NCBI GenBank assembly: GCA_043760135.1
Contig: JAYUPL010000007.1
Location: forward strand, 106 to 64,105
Direction of reading: 5' to 3'
Source: Candidatus Parcubacteria bacterium
GTDB taxonomy: Bacteria; Patescibacteriota; Minisyncoccia; Phycocordibacterales; CAIZLB01
Length of the DNA: 64,000 bases
Shown here: one piece after another, positions 1 to 10,696 of the stretch
Position numbering within the stretch: the stretch's first letter is position 1
Layout of the letters: the number at the start of each line of letters is the position of its first letter
The notes under the pieces: model-generated
Databases searched by the model: none
The model's input: only the letters and a program-made list of their open reading frames with translations
Told to the model about the DNA's origin: nothing
Position numbers and translations under genes: made by a program

Positions 1-119
1 ACTGAAAGCACTGCCTGAGGGTGGTGTTTTTTGGTGTTTGACAAAGGAATTTTGAGTGGTATTCTGTATTTAAGATCTTCTCTAGGTAGAGATATCTCTT
101 CATTGAACCATCACACAAT

Positions 120-464
120 ATGAACACACTCAAACAGCTTTTAGATGATACAAAGTTTAAGGATGCTTTGATTTTGTTGGGGGAAAAGTTTACCCCCATA
201 GATGCAAACAACTTAGCACTCATATTGGGCAAGAAGGTATCGCCAGTGCCCCTGTTGAAGGTTAAAGAGGTTTTGGTTGAATACCTGATCCAGGACCTAG
301 GAACTGTTTCACTTTCAGTTTATCCGATGAGCCGGGTGGTTGTTCTTTCTAGAAAACTACAATTCATCACGTGCCGACTACTACCTTTTTCTGATCGAAT
401 TACCGATAGTCCACTAACTCCAAATGAGATTCAGGAGATTTACAGAATAGCCTGTCCAGAATAA
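120..464 (+). CDS. hypothetical protein (114 aa)
   Basis: ORF track; no recognisable motifs; hairpin plus T-run downstream at ~495-535. Confidence 0.3.
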   Translation: MNTLKQLLDDTKFKDALILLGEKFTPIDANNLALILGKKVSPVPLLKVKEVLVEYLIQDLGTVSLSVYPMSRVVVLSRKLQFITCRLLPFSDRITDSPLTPNEIQEIYRIACPE

Positions 465-557
465 TCTCGTTTTACAACCAACCATTAAGTGTCCGCCTTC
501 ACCTAGGTGGCGCTTTTTCATTTTTATATTATTTTTCTGATATAATAATATCAACAC

Positions 558-3431
558 ATGCAACCAAATAATTTTGAACAACTAGATAATGAAAACAAAC
601 AGTCACATAATTCTGAACCGTCTTCAGATAATAAAAATTTTACATCTCTTGAAGAAGAACTTGAATATTTACGAGGAGAAGTAAAAAAGAATCAAGAAAA
701 AAAATCAGAACAATTTGAACAAGATCAGATTATCACTCAAGAAATAAAAACATATCATCAAGAAACAGGTAGAGATTTATTACATGAATCATATATTCAA
801 CCTGAAAACAAAAGCGCCGAGATAGTTCTTAACCTTGCCCCTGAAAACCATGATAAAAATATGGAAGAGTATTGGACATTGATGAATAAGAACGGTATTT
901 ATAACACTTTAAACATAATAAAAAACACAGGTAATCCTCACCTAGAAGATGATTTCCATAGATTTTTAGTTGAGTATATAAAGGCTGGCTTGAAGATTCA
1001 AAATTTGAAAGAAAATGATCCAATTGATAGAAGTATTAAACAAACCCTATATCAAGTATCATTACCTGATTTTCAAGAAAAAGAGGGAGCACAAAAACCA
1101 TTAAAAGAACTTTTGTCAGTGATGGAGCAGTTTTATCTTGGTATGAGCTCTATTGCAGAAGCTGGTAAAAAATTTGCAGATAGTAGAAATAACATGACTA
1201 TAGAGCTTGCTATAGCTGAAGGAAGTGAAGAATTTATTTTCTATGTATCAGTGCCAAATGATAAAAATGATTTATTTGAAAAGCATATACTGTCAGTATT
1301 TCCAGAAGCTAAGATAGAAATAGAACACAATGACTATAATATATTTGATGAAGATGGTGTATCGCTGGCATCAGTTGCATCATTTACAAAACAAGATATC
1401 TATCCAATCAAAACATATGAAGAATTTGATGCTGACCCTATTAATGTTATTTTAAACTCATTATCAAAAATACAAAAAAATGGAGAAGGTGCGTGTATTC
1501 AGATTGTATTTAATAATGTTGGTGACTATTATCACAAGCTTTATAGAACAGCACTAGACAATATTCTCAAAGGAGAATCTCTTAAAAAAACAACGGATAT
1601 TCGACATACTATCTGGGGTCAATTTTCAAAAGTTGCTGGTGAAATGGGAAAAGAAATAGTGGATGGTACATTGTCTTATGATGATAGTAAAAAAGATGAG
1701 ACAAAAGAAAAATATATAGATCAGATTGCAGTTGAGCAAATCAAACATAAAATATCATCTCCGATAATAGAAACAAACATAAGACTTATTGCCTCCGCTA
1801 AAGATCGCATGCGCGCAGAAAATATTTTGTCTGATCTTGAGTCTTCGTTTAATCAGTTTACTAATGCTCTTGGAAATAGTTTTAAATGGGGTAGAGTAAA
1901 GGATAATCAACTCAAAGATTTATTTTATAAATTCACATTCCGTCTTTTTGACAAAGATCAAATATTACCAGTTTCTATTAAAGAAATTGCCACAGTGATG
2001 CATTTTCCAATGACTACCCAGTCAAACTTTTCTCCTCAGTTGAAACAATCAACTGCAGCAACAGCACCAGCACCACTGGATATTCCTCGAAAAGGTGATG
2101 GGGTTCTTATCGGTAAAAATGTTCATAGAAATGTTGAGCAAGATATTTATATGTCAGCTGAAGATAGGGCACGTCACATGTATGTGATTGGACAGACTGG
2201 TGTAGGTAAGTCGAGTATTTTAAAAAACCTTATCATACAAGATATTAAAAATGGTGAGGGTGTCTGTTTTATAGACCCTCATGGAAATGATGTGCAGGAT
2301 ATATTATCTCAAATTCCAAAAGAGAGATATGATGATGTGATTTATTTTGATCCAAGTCATACTGATCGTCCGATGGCTTTGAACATGCTCGAATACGATA
2401 CTTCAAATCCAGAACAAAAAACGTTTGTGGTAAACGAGCTGTTTAGTATTTTCCAAAAACTTTACGGCGCCAACCCAGAATCTATGGGACCGATGTTTGA
2501 GCAATATTTTAGAAATGCCACCATGCTCGTTATGGAGGATCCTGAATCAGGTTGTACCATGCTTGATATCTCTCGTGTTATGGCAGTGAAAAGTTTCCGT
2601 GATATGAAGATCGCTCATTGTAAAAACCCAATTGTAAAGCAATTCTGGACTGAGATTGCTGAGAAAACTTCGGGAGAATCAGGTTTAGCAAACATGATTC
2701 CATACATCACCTCAAAATTTGATGTCTTTTCATCAAACGAAATTATGCGCCCTATTATTGCTCAGGAAAAATCTTCTTTTAATTTCCGAGAAATAATGGA
2801 TACTAAAAAAATCTTACTGGTCAATTTGTCAAAAGGAAGATTGGGGGATATTAACGCCAACCTTATCGGTTTGATTATTGTTGGTAAAATTTTGATGGCC
2901 GCCTTATCGAGAGTAGATTCTTTTGGAAAAGATATGAATCCGTTTTATCTATATATTGATGAATTCCAAAACATAACTACTCCATCAATATCAACTATTT
3001 TGTCTGAAGCTAGAAAATATAAATTATCACTCACTATGGCGCATCAATTCATCGCACAGCTTGATGACAAAATAAAAGCTTCTGTGTTTGGAAACGTGGG
3101 GAATATGGTTGTCTACAGGACGGGTGCAGAAGATGCAGAATTTTTACAAAAACAATTCGAACCAGTTTTTGTGGCTAAAGATATTATGAATATTGATAAC
3201 TTCAATGCGTATATAAAGATGCTTTCACATGGTAAACCAACAAAACCATTTAATGTACGTATTATGCCTCAGGAGAAGGGAAATATGGCCATCGTGGACT
3301 CGTTGAAGGAGTTGTCATACCTCAAGTATGGAAAGGATAAAGACACTGTTATAGAAGAAATTGATGCGAAGTTTGCGAGTGATAAACCAAAACCAAAGCC
3401 TGTGGCAGATTTGAGTGCGTTTGGGTTGTAG
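558..3431 (+). CDS. VirD4/TraG/TraD-family type IV coupling-protein-like ATPase with ~480-aa hydrophilic N-terminal region of unknown function
   Basis: C-terminal half has Walker A 'GQTGVGKSS', 'FIDPHGND', Walker B 'LYIDEFQN' and 'TMAHQFIAQL' motifs typical of TrwB/TraG/VirD4; no N-terminal TM helices seen. Confidence 0.6.
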   Translation: MQPNNFEQLDNENKQSHNSEPSSDNKNFTSLEEELEYLRGEVKKNQEKKSEQFEQDQIITQEIKTYHQETGRDLLHESYIQPENKSAEIVLNLAPENHDKNMEEYWTLMNKNGIYNTLNIIKNTGNPHLEDDFHRFLVEYIKAGLKIQNLKENDPIDRSIKQTLYQVSLPDFQEKEGAQKPLKELLSVMEQFYLGMSSIAEAGKKFADSRNNMTIELAIAEGSEEFIFYVSVPNDKNDLFEKHILSVFPEAKIEIEHNDYNIFDEDGVSLASVASFTKQDIYPIKTYEEFDADPINVILNSLSKIQKNGEGACIQIVFNNVGDYYHKLYRTALDNILKGESLKKTTDIRHTIWGQFSKVAGEMGKEIVDGTLSYDDSKKDETKEKYIDQIAVEQIKHKISSPIIETNIRLIASAKDRMRAENILSDLESSFNQFTNALGNSFKWGRVKDNQLKDLFYKFTFRLFDKDQILPVSIKEIATVMHFPMTTQSNFSPQLKQSTAATAPAPLDIPRKGDGVLIGKNVHRNVEQDIYMSAEDRARHMYVIGQTGVGKSSILKNLIIQDIKNGEGVCFIDPHGNDVQDILSQIPKERYDDVIYFDPSHTDRPMALNMLEYDTSNPEQKTFVVNELFSIFQKLYGANPESMGPMFEQYFRNATMLVMEDPESGCTMLDISRVMAVKSFRDMKIAHCKNPIVKQFWTEIAEKTSGESGLANMIPYITSKFDVFSSNEIMRPIIAQEKSSFNFREIMDTKKILLVNLSKGRLGDINANLIGLIIVGKILMAALSRVDSFGKDMNPFYLYIDEFQNITTPSISTILSEARKYKLSLTMAHQFIAQLDDKIKASVFGNVGNMVVYRTGAEDAEFLQKQFEPVFVAKDIMNIDNFNAYIKMLSHGKPTKPFNVRIMPQEKGNMAIVDSLKELSYLKYGKDKDTVIEEIDAKFASDKPKPKPVADLSAFGL

Positions 3432-3437
3432 ATGGTT

Positions 3438-3472
3438 TAAAAAATCTCCTTTATTTTTAAGGAGGTTTTTTA
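3438..3472. terminator. bidirectional hairpin terminator between convergent genes
   Basis: 'AAAAATCTCCTT tattttt AAGGAGGTTTTTT': A-run, 9-bp stem, T-run. Confidence 0.45.
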
Positions 3473-3721
3473 ATTTGACAATAAGGCTTGCTACAACTAT
3501 ACTAAAATCAGTTTTGAGACTTTAAAACTTCTCTAAGTGCAGAAATTCGGCTACTGCCACCTACTTCGTAAGAAGTTGTTGAGATGGGGATTACGTCGTT
3601 CCCTAGAGAAGTTTTAAGTTCTTAAGATAAATTTGACACTCAGATATTGATCATGATACATTTAAATTACTACTAATGACGCTAGATACCTTCTCTAGTT
3701 GGCTCACTGCCTCGATTGGTA

Positions 3722-4207
3722 CTATAGGCATACGGAAGGAACCCTACTTACAACGTTTCCTCTACCGAGGAGGCGTTTTAAGTTTTTCTCATTTAAAGAC
3801 CTAGTTTCAAAATAGGTAACAATGTAAAAACCGTTATCTCTGTTTGCTGCTAAGACTAAATAATTATTAGAATTTGGTACTAACTTTATAATATTAATTC
3901 TATCTACATTTTTATCAAAATTTAAAATAAGGTATTCCCACTTATGAGTGTTAATTATAATATTTTCAGCGCAGATGGGGCCGTGGTCAGATTCTATTTT
4001 GTCTACAATTTCTCTAGATAAGTGTAATGGTCTTTCTTTATTATCAAAGGATAAGTTACTGGATAGATAGCCGATTGTCTCTAGATTACTTTTATAACTT
4101 AAAAGCCTTTTTAGTTTTTTATTGTATCTTTCTTGCTTATTAGTTAAGTTAAATATTTGCTTCGATATAAATGCTGATTTTTTAAATTTTTGATTTTTAT
4201 TTTCCAT
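3722..4207 (-). CDS. hypothetical protein, copy A of a three-member ~160-aa paralogous family
   Basis: Aligns over full length with ORFs 35203-35730 and 44322-44801 (motifs 'RPLxLSRxIxxKIxxDHGxIC', 'NGFYIVTxFE', 'KNLKRLLGRGNV'). Confidence 0.5.
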   Translation of the reverse strand: MENKNQKFKKSAFISKQIFNLTNKQERYNKKLKRLLSYKSNLETIGYLSSNLSFDNKERPLHLSREIVDKIESDHGPICAENIIINTHKWEYLILNFDKNVDRINIIKLVPNSNNYLVLAANRDNGFYIVTYFETRSLNEKNLKRLLGRGNVVSRVPSVCL

Positions 4208-4269
4208 CCACCAATACTACCAATATCAACATCAAGAAAACTTAAAGAAATTCCAAAGAAAAGATCAAG

Positions 4270-4848
4270 TTAAGATAAAGATTTAAACAACTCCTCAATA
4301 CCAATTTTTTCTCGTGCAGAATATTTTATTATTTTCTTACCCTCAAAAGCTTTTTCAATAACCTCCATACTTTTAAAAACTTCGTTTTGTTTTAACTTAT
4401 CAAATTTGTTAGCAATAATAACAATGTCTTGCTTATGCTCTGTTAAAAAATTATAAAAATGAATATCATCAACCGTAGGTCCAACTTTTGCATCTATTAT
4501 TAAAACTACTTTTTTTGTATTTGTTTTTTCACTTATAAAATACCATTCTATAATACGAGCAATCTTATCTCTTTGGACATGTGACCCTCTGGCAAATCCA
4601 TATCCAGGTAGGTCGACTAAATAAAATTCTTCATTGATCAAATAAAAATTAGCCTCAGCTGTAAAGCCTGGGGTAGAGGATGATCGTGCAAGTTTGTTTC
4701 TGCCAACAAGAGTATTTATCACAGAAGACTTACCTACGTTTGACCTTCCGATGAAGGCTATTTCAGGCAACTCGATTGTTGGAAGACCTGTGTCATGGAC
4801 TGCTCCTTTTACAAATATAGATGATTTTATTAATTGAGGGTTGGTCAT
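4270..4848 (-). CDS. engB: ribosome biogenesis GTP-binding protein YihA/EngB
   Basis: G1 'GRSNVGKSS', 'DLPGYGFA'; the track ORF extends over tRNA-Leu so the start was moved to the internal Met ('MTNPQLIK'). Confidence 0.8.
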   Translation of the reverse strand: MTNPQLIKSSIFVKGAVHDTGLPTIELPEIAFIGRSNVGKSSVINTLVGRNKLARSSSTPGFTAEANFYLINEEFYLVDLPGYGFARGSHVQRDKIARIIEWYFISEKTNTKKVVLIIDAKVGPTVDDIHFYNFLTEHKQDIVIIANKFDKLKQNEVFKSMEVIEKAFEGKKIIKYSAREKIGIEELFKSLS

Positions 4849-4852
4849 GTTG

Positions 4853-4935
4853 TGCCTCAGGCGGGACTCGAACCCGCACGACATTGCTGTCAAAAGATTT
4901 TAAGTCTTTCGTGTCTACCATTCCACCACCAAGGC
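4853..4935 (-). tRNA. tRNA-Leu (anticodon TAA), long variable arm
   Basis: Reverse complement folds as a cloverleaf: acceptor GCCTTGG/CTGAGGC, anticodon loop CTTAAAA, T-loop GCGGGTTCGAGTCCCGC. Confidence 0.8.
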
Positions 4936-4985
4936 ATTTTTCTATAGTCATTTTTTATAGGCATTCGCTTATATATAACAGCGTG

Positions 4986-5059
4986 AGGCGTAGGCCGGAT
5001 TTGAACCGGCGAATATCAGTTTTGCAAACTGCCGCGTTAAACCACTTCGCCACTACGCC
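4986..5059 (-). tRNA. tRNA-Cys (anticodon GCA)
   Basis: Reverse complement 'GGCGTAGTGGCGAAGTGG...TTGCAAA...CGCCGGTTCAAATCCGGCCTACGCCT'. Confidence 0.8.
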
Positions 5060-5143
5060 ATGATTGTATTTATAGCATATTTATATATATATTTCTACTC
5101 CAAGTGATTGCATTGTTGATAGGTAAAATGCGATAATATTGGT

Positions 5144-5434
5144 ATGCAAAATAACAATATCCAATTTGATGAATTCAAAGTCAAATCAAGAAGTATTTTA
5201 GGTCAGTCAGAATCTCCAGCTATGATACAGTCGATGGTAAAATATGGTATAGTAAAAAATGAAAAACAAGCTTTTGGGTTTATGGTTACTTTAATAATTG
5301 TCTTTTTAGCAGCTGCTGGTTTTATTATTTATTATAATTTTTTTAAGCAACCAACAATTCCGCCGATTACACCAGAAGCTCAATCATTTTATCAACAACA
5401 AATGGATGCCTCTACTAAGTCAAATAGTAAATAA
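5144..5434 (+). CDS. small membrane protein, upstream partner of the pilin gene (cassette copy 1)
   Basis: One C-terminal TM helix; homologous to ORF 22399-22767 (shared 'GIVKNEKQA'). Confidence 0.45.
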   Translation: MQNNNIQFDEFKVKSRSILGQSESPAMIQSMVKYGIVKNEKQAFGFMVTLIIVFLAAAGFIIYYNFFKQPTIPPITPEAQSFYQQQMDASTKSNSK

Positions 5435-5450
5435 TACAATTCACAACTCT

Positions 5451-6050
5451 ATGTTTAAAAAAATAAAAAATAAAAAAGGTTTTACTTTAATAGAATTAAT
5501 GGTGGTTATATCAATAATTGGATTGCTTTCAAGTATTGTACTAGCCTCACTTAAAGATGCAAGAGATAAAGCAGCGAATCAAAAATTTAAAGCAGAAATC
5601 ATGGAACTAGTTAAAGCATTAGAACTTTATAAAGCAGATAATGGTGAATATCCTTATGAAAAACAAGCTTCAGCTGTTAGTACATCAAACTATTCGGCAG
5701 GAATGTTAAATAATCAAACTGAAACTGTTACAACCGGGGATGCTTTATTATCTACCTTATTAATACCTAAATATATTAAAAAACTACCAACCCCACCAAA
5801 TAATTCTTTTTCTGGACCATCTTGGACTTACCGTACAAATTTTAAAAGATCAGGTTCAGGATTGTTTGTAAACTCGTGTTTTGATGATGGTGCACTTGAT
5901 AGGGATGATAGTCGTGTTCCTAAATATGTTGTTTATGTTGGACCTAATAATCCTATTGTAAATCAATTTAACGAATGGTCTTTTCTGAGAGCGTGGTATA
6001 GTACATCAGGTTATACTGACCTTACAGATCGTTGCTTCTCTCTTAAATAA
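5451..6050 (+). CDS. type IV pilin-like protein (class III N-terminal signal)
   Basis: 'KGFTLIELMVVISIIGLL' prepilin cleavage/methylation motif; start taken at the internal Met before KKGFTLIE. Confidence 0.65.
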   Translation: MFKKIKNKKGFTLIELMVVISIIGLLSSIVLASLKDARDKAANQKFKAEIMELVKALELYKADNGEYPYEKQASAVSTSNYSAGMLNNQTETVTTGDALLSTLLIPKYIKKLPTPPNNSFSGPSWTYRTNFKRSGSGLFVNSCFDDGALDRDDSRVPKYVVYVGPNNPIVNQFNEWSFLRAWYSTSGYTDLTDRCFSLK

Positions 6051-6384
6051 TCTCAAAAATCTCCTGCCTATGCTTCTCACCCTTATCGATCTCAAAATGT
6101 AAAAATGGGAGTATACCAACTCTTGTTTTTTTCTTTATATCATTTCGTATATCAGTCACATTTCTTGTTAAAAAGTCTATCACCGCATCTTCCTTATTTT
6201 CAGGTAATACAGAAACTCGGATTGTAACATTGTTACTCCTATCAGCTTGTTCTATAGAGGTGATAGTGATCAATGATTGACCTCCTGAGTTACGTGAAAT
6301 ATACTCATCAATTGTCTTTCTAAAAATTGACTCAGCCCGTCCTTTTGTTACTCTTTTATCTCTATGGTTGTTTTCTTTTTTCAT
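6043..6384 (-). CDS. rbfA: ribosome-binding factor A
   Basis: ~113 aa; position immediately downstream of infB; RbfA-like pattern 'VTIRVSVL...EDAV...TRVGILPFLHFEID'. Confidence 0.6.
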   Translation of the reverse strand: MKKENNHRDKRVTKGRAESIFRKTIDEYISRNSGGQSLITITSIEQADRSNNVTIRVSVLPENKEDAVIDFLTRNVTDIRNDIKKKTRVGILPFLHFEIDKGEKHRQEIFEII

Positions 6385-6394
6385 ATATTTTAAA

Positions 6395-8608
6395 TTATTT
6401 TTCTATTACAGAGAATGCAGCTATAACATCACCTGTTACGATTTCTATTTTTGCTTCGATCATCAAACCACACTCTGTATCAGCTTCAACACTCTTAACT
6501 TGTGAACGTGCATGTTGCAATTCAACTATCTCTCCACGACCGATTTCATTATCTCGTCTCATAATTTTAATCTTATCTCCTAGATTGATCTTTCCTGTTT
6601 CAACTTTACCTCCAAGAACTTGTTTTGTTTTATTGGCATTGAAAATCTTAAGAACCTTAAGAGTACCATGACTTTCTTCTTCAAGAATTTTAGGTGCTTT
6701 TGATCGTGCTTCATTTTCCAACCATTCTGAAAGTTTATAGATAATATCAAATGTTTCAATTTTCAAATTCAATTGATTGGCTAAATTTTTAGCAACGTTA
6801 TCAACTTTTGTGTTATATCCAACAATAACAGAGTCTTTACTTCCTTGAGCAAGTTTTATGTCATTTTCGTTGATGTCTCCAGTTTCAGCTCGAACGATTC
6901 TTAGCTCTATGTTTTCAAATTTAATTTTAGCAATTTCTTGTTTAACAGCGTCAAGTGTTCCAACAGAATCTGTTTTCAACACAATAGGGAGTGTCCAATT
7001 GTTATCAACTTCAAGACCGTAAAGTGCACGAATATTTGCGGGAATTTTTGCAGCAGGAACTTTACCTTCATTGTTGACTTCATCTTCTAGTATTTGCATT
7101 TTCTTTTGCTCTTCAGCAAGGAGCTCTGCTGTCTCTTTGTCTTCACACATGATACAGATATCGCCAACTTTTGGGGTCTCCACCCAACCAATAAGTCGCA
7201 CAGGTTGTCCTGGTTCAAAAGTTTTTTGAGCCTTACCTTCAAAATTTTCTATAATTCGAACAGGGGAGATAGCGCCACCTGAAACTATAAATGATCCAAC
7301 TTTCAATGTCCCGTTCTTAACAATCATTGTTGCATGAATTCCTCTTATCTTGTCTCTACCAGATTCGATTACAATACATTCAGCAGGAACATCGTACGCC
7401 GCTTTGATATCAGCCACTTCAGACATCAACATAATCATATCCAATAGATCACTTACACCATCTCCGGTTTTTCCTGAAAAAGGAATAAATGAAATATCTC
7501 CTCCGTACCCTTCAACAAAGATATTGTTTTCTGCTAATGATTGTTTTGTCTTCTCTAGGTCAGCCCCAACTTTGTCAATTTTTGATACTCCGATAAAGAA
7601 AGGAACATTTGCATCTTGAATTGATTTTAGCGCATCGAGTGTTTGTGGTTTAACTCCGTCTTCGGCAGAAACAATAAGAATGGCAATGTCGGCAGATCTT
7701 GCTCCACGATCGCGCATACTTGTAAATGATTCGTGCCCAGGTGTATCAAGGAATGTAATTTTTCCATCATTGTGATTGATTTCATATGCAGACATTTTTT
7801 GAGTAATACCTCCAACCTCACGGTCAGCAATGTTTGATTTTCTGATGTAATCCAATAATGTTGATTTACCATGATCAACATGACCCATGATAATAACCAC
7901 TGGATTTTTTGAACGTATATCTAATCCATCTAGTACCTGTATGGTTTTAACTAGATTGTTTGATCTTCCGCTAATGCGTGTTTTTAATGTAGCAGCCTTT
8001 TTAACTTTAGCAACCCTGGGTCTCTTGTAATATGGTATGTACTCAGTACGAGGTGCAATGTCTCTTTTTGCGAATGGTTTTCTCGGTGTTGATGTTCCTG
8101 TGGTTGTATCTTTACTTTTATTATTTATAAATGTCTTAGCAAATGCAATACCTCTCTCTTCTATTTTTTTCTTCTCATCTTCTTTCTTTTGTAAATCAAT
8201 TTTTTCTTCTTTCGTGATCACTTTTGATTTGAAGAGGGTAGGGGAATATTTTGGAACTGGCTTATGTTCAGGTTTTACTTCCTCAACTTTTTTCTCTTCA
8301 GGTTTCACTTCTACTACAGGTTTGTTTTTATTTTCATAAAATTTAGATGCGTTTTCGAACCAATTATTTTGCTCTTCAACTTTGGTTTTTCTTGTATCTT
8401 CAACTTCCTTACTTACAGCAAAAGTTCTCGAGCTAGTTCTTGGTGCTACAGTTATGGTCTCTTTTGTTGCAGTTTTTTTACTTTTAGTTTTACTTTTTAT
8501 CTCATCTGCCGGCTCCGGTGCCTTATTATCTCCAAAAACGCTCCCAAAAGCATTGCCAAAAACCCCTCCAAATGCGCTATCGTCGTTTTGATTTTTATCC
8601 ATTATCAT
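6395..8608 (-). CDS. infB: translation initiation factor IF-2
   Basis: K/E-rich N-terminus; G domain '[17 protein letters not shown]', 'DTPGHESF'; 737 aa. Confidence 0.9.
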   Translation of the reverse strand: MIMDKNQNDDSAFGGVFGNAFGSVFGDNKAPEPADEIKSKTKSKKTATKETITVAPRTSSRTFAVSKEVEDTRKTKVEEQNNWFENASKFYENKNKPVVEVKPEEKKVEEVKPEHKPVPKYSPTLFKSKVITKEEKIDLQKKEDEKKKIEERGIAFAKTFINNKSKDTTTGTSTPRKPFAKRDIAPRTEYIPYYKRPRVAKVKKAATLKTRISGRSNNLVKTIQVLDGLDIRSKNPVVIIMGHVDHGKSTLLDYIRKSNIADREVGGITQKMSAYEINHNDGKITFLDTPGHESFTSMRDRGARSADIAILIVSAEDGVKPQTLDALKSIQDANVPFFIGVSKIDKVGADLEKTKQSLAENNIFVEGYGGDISFIPFSGKTGDGVSDLLDMIMLMSEVADIKAAYDVPAECIVIESGRDKIRGIHATMIVKNGTLKVGSFIVSGGAISPVRIIENFEGKAQKTFEPGQPVRLIGWVETPKVGDICIMCEDKETAELLAEEQKKMQILEDEVNNEGKVPAAKIPANIRALYGLEVDNNWTLPIVLKTDSVGTLDAVKQEIAKIKFENIELRIVRAETGDINENDIKLAQGSKDSVIVGYNTKVDNVAKNLANQLNLKIETFDIIYKLSEWLENEARSKAPKILEEESHGTLKVLKIFNANKTKQVLGGKVETGKINLGDKIKIMRRDNEIGRGEIVELQHARSQVKSVEADTECGLMIEAKIEIVTGDVIAAFSVIEK

Positions 8609-8655
8609 AGTATATTAAATATACACTTTTTTAAAAAAAATACAATATTATCAAT

Positions 8656-9870
8656 ATGTTTTCACCATTTGGCAAATTTATCCCTCAGGGCAAGAAATAT
8701 TTCGATTATGCCTCTCAAACACCTACAGATGGGAGAGTTTTAAGGGTGGTAGAAGATGTCTCACGGAAGCTTTTTTACAATCCAGGGGCATTGTACTCAA
8801 ATGGGGTTTTGGCAGCCAAGATGTTGCAAAATGCCAGACATAAAACAGCTGATATATTTTCAGGAAAATCAAAGAATTCAGTTCATACCAATGAGATCAT
8901 CTTTACGAGTGGAGGGACCGAGTCCAACAACATCACCATTCAGGGTGTGGTTGCAAAATGGTATGAGGATCATGATTACGACTATTCAAATATTCCTCAT
9001 GTGATTATTTCAGAAATTGAACATCCTTCTTTAAATAATATTGTCGAGAATTTGAAAAAACAAAATAAAATCACATATTCTAAAATAAAAATTAATCAAG
9101 ATGGACTCGTTGATTTACAAGAATTAAAAGATGAATTGGTTAAGCACCGAAATACAATTTTGGTTTCTGTAATGTTAGTTAACAATGAGATTGGTTCTAT
9201 TCAACCTGTTCGAGACATTGCCTCATTGGTTCGAAAAGCTAAAGGGGATGATAAGTATCCATTGTTGCACACTGATGCATGTCAGGCTGTAAATTATCTT
9301 GACATACCTGTTGACAAGATGGGTGTGGATTTGATTTCTTACGATGCCTCTAAGTTTTATGGTCCAAAAAGTGTTGGTATTTTATATGTAAAAAGAGGTA
9401 CTTTGATCAATCCGATTTATTTTGGAGGAGATCAAGAATACTCTATGCGACCTGGTACAGAAAACCTTCCGGCCATTATGGGTATGGTAAAGGCATTGGA
9501 GATTGTAAATCATGAAAAGACAAAAGAGATAGAGAGAATATATAAAATGCAGCAACATATCTTTAAGAAAGTTTCGAAAATGAAAAATCTTTCAATTAAC
9601 GGATCTCTGGAGAAAGAAAAAAGAATTGTAAACAATATTAATATTTGTTTCGCCGGACAAGATTCAGAATTTTTACTTTTTAAAATGGATAAACTAGGGT
9701 ATGAAGTTTCGACTGGTACTACATGTCAGAATAAAAAGGAGGATTCAAAGTCTGTATCAGTAGAGGCTTTAGGTAATGATTGTGCTAGTTCAAGTTTACG
9801 TATCAGTTTAGGAAGGTATACAACTATGATGCAAGTGAGAGGGTTAGTTCGAGCTCTAACAAAATTGTAA
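8656..9870 (+). CDS. cysteine desulfurase / class V aminotransferase (IscS/NifS-like)
   Basis: 'TSGGTESNN', 'HTDACQAV', PLP-lysine context 'SYDASKFYGPKSVGILYV'. Confidence 0.8.
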   Translation: MFSPFGKFIPQGKKYFDYASQTPTDGRVLRVVEDVSRKLFYNPGALYSNGVLAAKMLQNARHKTADIFSGKSKNSVHTNEIIFTSGGTESNNITIQGVVAKWYEDHDYDYSNIPHVIISEIEHPSLNNIVENLKKQNKITYSKIKINQDGLVDLQELKDELVKHRNTILVSVMLVNNEIGSIQPVRDIASLVRKAKGDDKYPLLHTDACQAVNYLDIPVDKMGVDLISYDASKFYGPKSVGILYVKRGTLINPIYFGGDQEYSMRPGTENLPAIMGMVKALEIVNHEKTKEIERIYKMQQHIFKKVSKMKNLSINGSLEKEKRIVNNINICFAGQDSEFLLFKMDKLGYEVSTGTTCQNKKEDSKSVSVEALGNDCASSSLRISLGRYTTMMQVRGLVRALTKL

Positions 9871-9903
9871 GCAAAATTGTAGACTTAGGAGTATACTATA
9901 TAC

Positions 9904-10590
9904 ATGAATAACAAAAAAATAATAGTATCAATATTGGTATTAATCGTCTTAATTTTATCAATAGTTTTATTTAACAAAACCAGTCCACGAGTGATAGAAA
10001 ATGATGAGGTTGCTACAACAACAACTTCATCATCTACAACAGATGGTAAAATGGTCGTTGATAGTAGTATCAAACCAGCGACTGTTGTAAATGAGTCAAG
10101 TGCTAATTATGAATATACAAATGGAGTGTATTGGGGAATTATTAAAAAATCAGCAATTGCTAATGGGAAATTAATCTTAACTATAGATTTCCTACAATCA
10201 TTCGCTACACAAAAAGAAACAGTTCTTGCTGCGATACAAGATGATGTATGTAAATTTCCATCAAACATGGGTATAAAAAATAAACAAGAATTCGTAGCTA
10301 AAGTTATGACTCTAACAGAAGGTGAGATCGGTGCGTTTATTGCCAAGACAAACTGTTTCCCAGATGGAATAACATATTACAGAAATGCTAGTGCTCAATT
10401 GATAAGTAAAGATGTAGCTGCAAATTTCATTGCATTTTATCCAGCATATCCATCAACTACTATAACAAATACTGGAAACATGAATACATTAAACACTTTT
10501 ATAAACACACAAGGTCCATCAAATCCAAAATGGCAAGTTACTATAAAAGACAATAAAGTTGTTGGGTTAAATCAACCGTATACAAAGTAA
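9904..10590 (+). CDS. membrane-anchored hypothetical protein (N-terminal TM, Thr/Ser-rich linker)
   Basis: ORF with hydrophobic N-terminus 'IIVSILVLIVLILSIVLF'. Confidence 0.4.
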   Translation: MNNKKIIVSILVLIVLILSIVLFNKTSPRVIENDEVATTTTSSSTTDGKMVVDSSIKPATVVNESSANYEYTNGVYWGIIKKSAIANGKLILTIDFLQSFATQKETVLAAIQDDVCKFPSNMGIKNKQEFVAKVMTLTEGEIGAFIAKTNCFPDGITYYRNASAQLISKDVAANFIAFYPAYPSTTITNTGNMNTLNTFINTQGPSNPKWQVTIKDNKVVGLNQPYTK

Positions 10591-10696
10591 TCTTCAGATT
10601 CATTAATTAAGAAAGAAAAATACTGCTCATTTGGGTAGTTTTTTTCTTGAGAGTTTCTTTATGGGAACTTTAGCTGTCTTTTATTATCATTGAAGA

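Noticed and set aside
558-3431. Conjugative element or complete type IV secretion system
   Set aside because: Only the coupling-protein-like ATPase is present; no VirB4, VirB6, relaxase or integrase nearby.
4821-5063. 80-aa plus-strand ORF
   Set aside because: Lies entirely over tRNA-Leu and tRNA-Cys genes on the opposite strand; spurious.
6327-8743. Several plus-strand ORFs (6327-6671, 7094-7282, 7350-7619, 8037-8339, 8264-8743, 8382-8591)
   Set aside because: Antisense to infB, including its low-complexity K/E-rich N-terminal region; no motifs; spurious.
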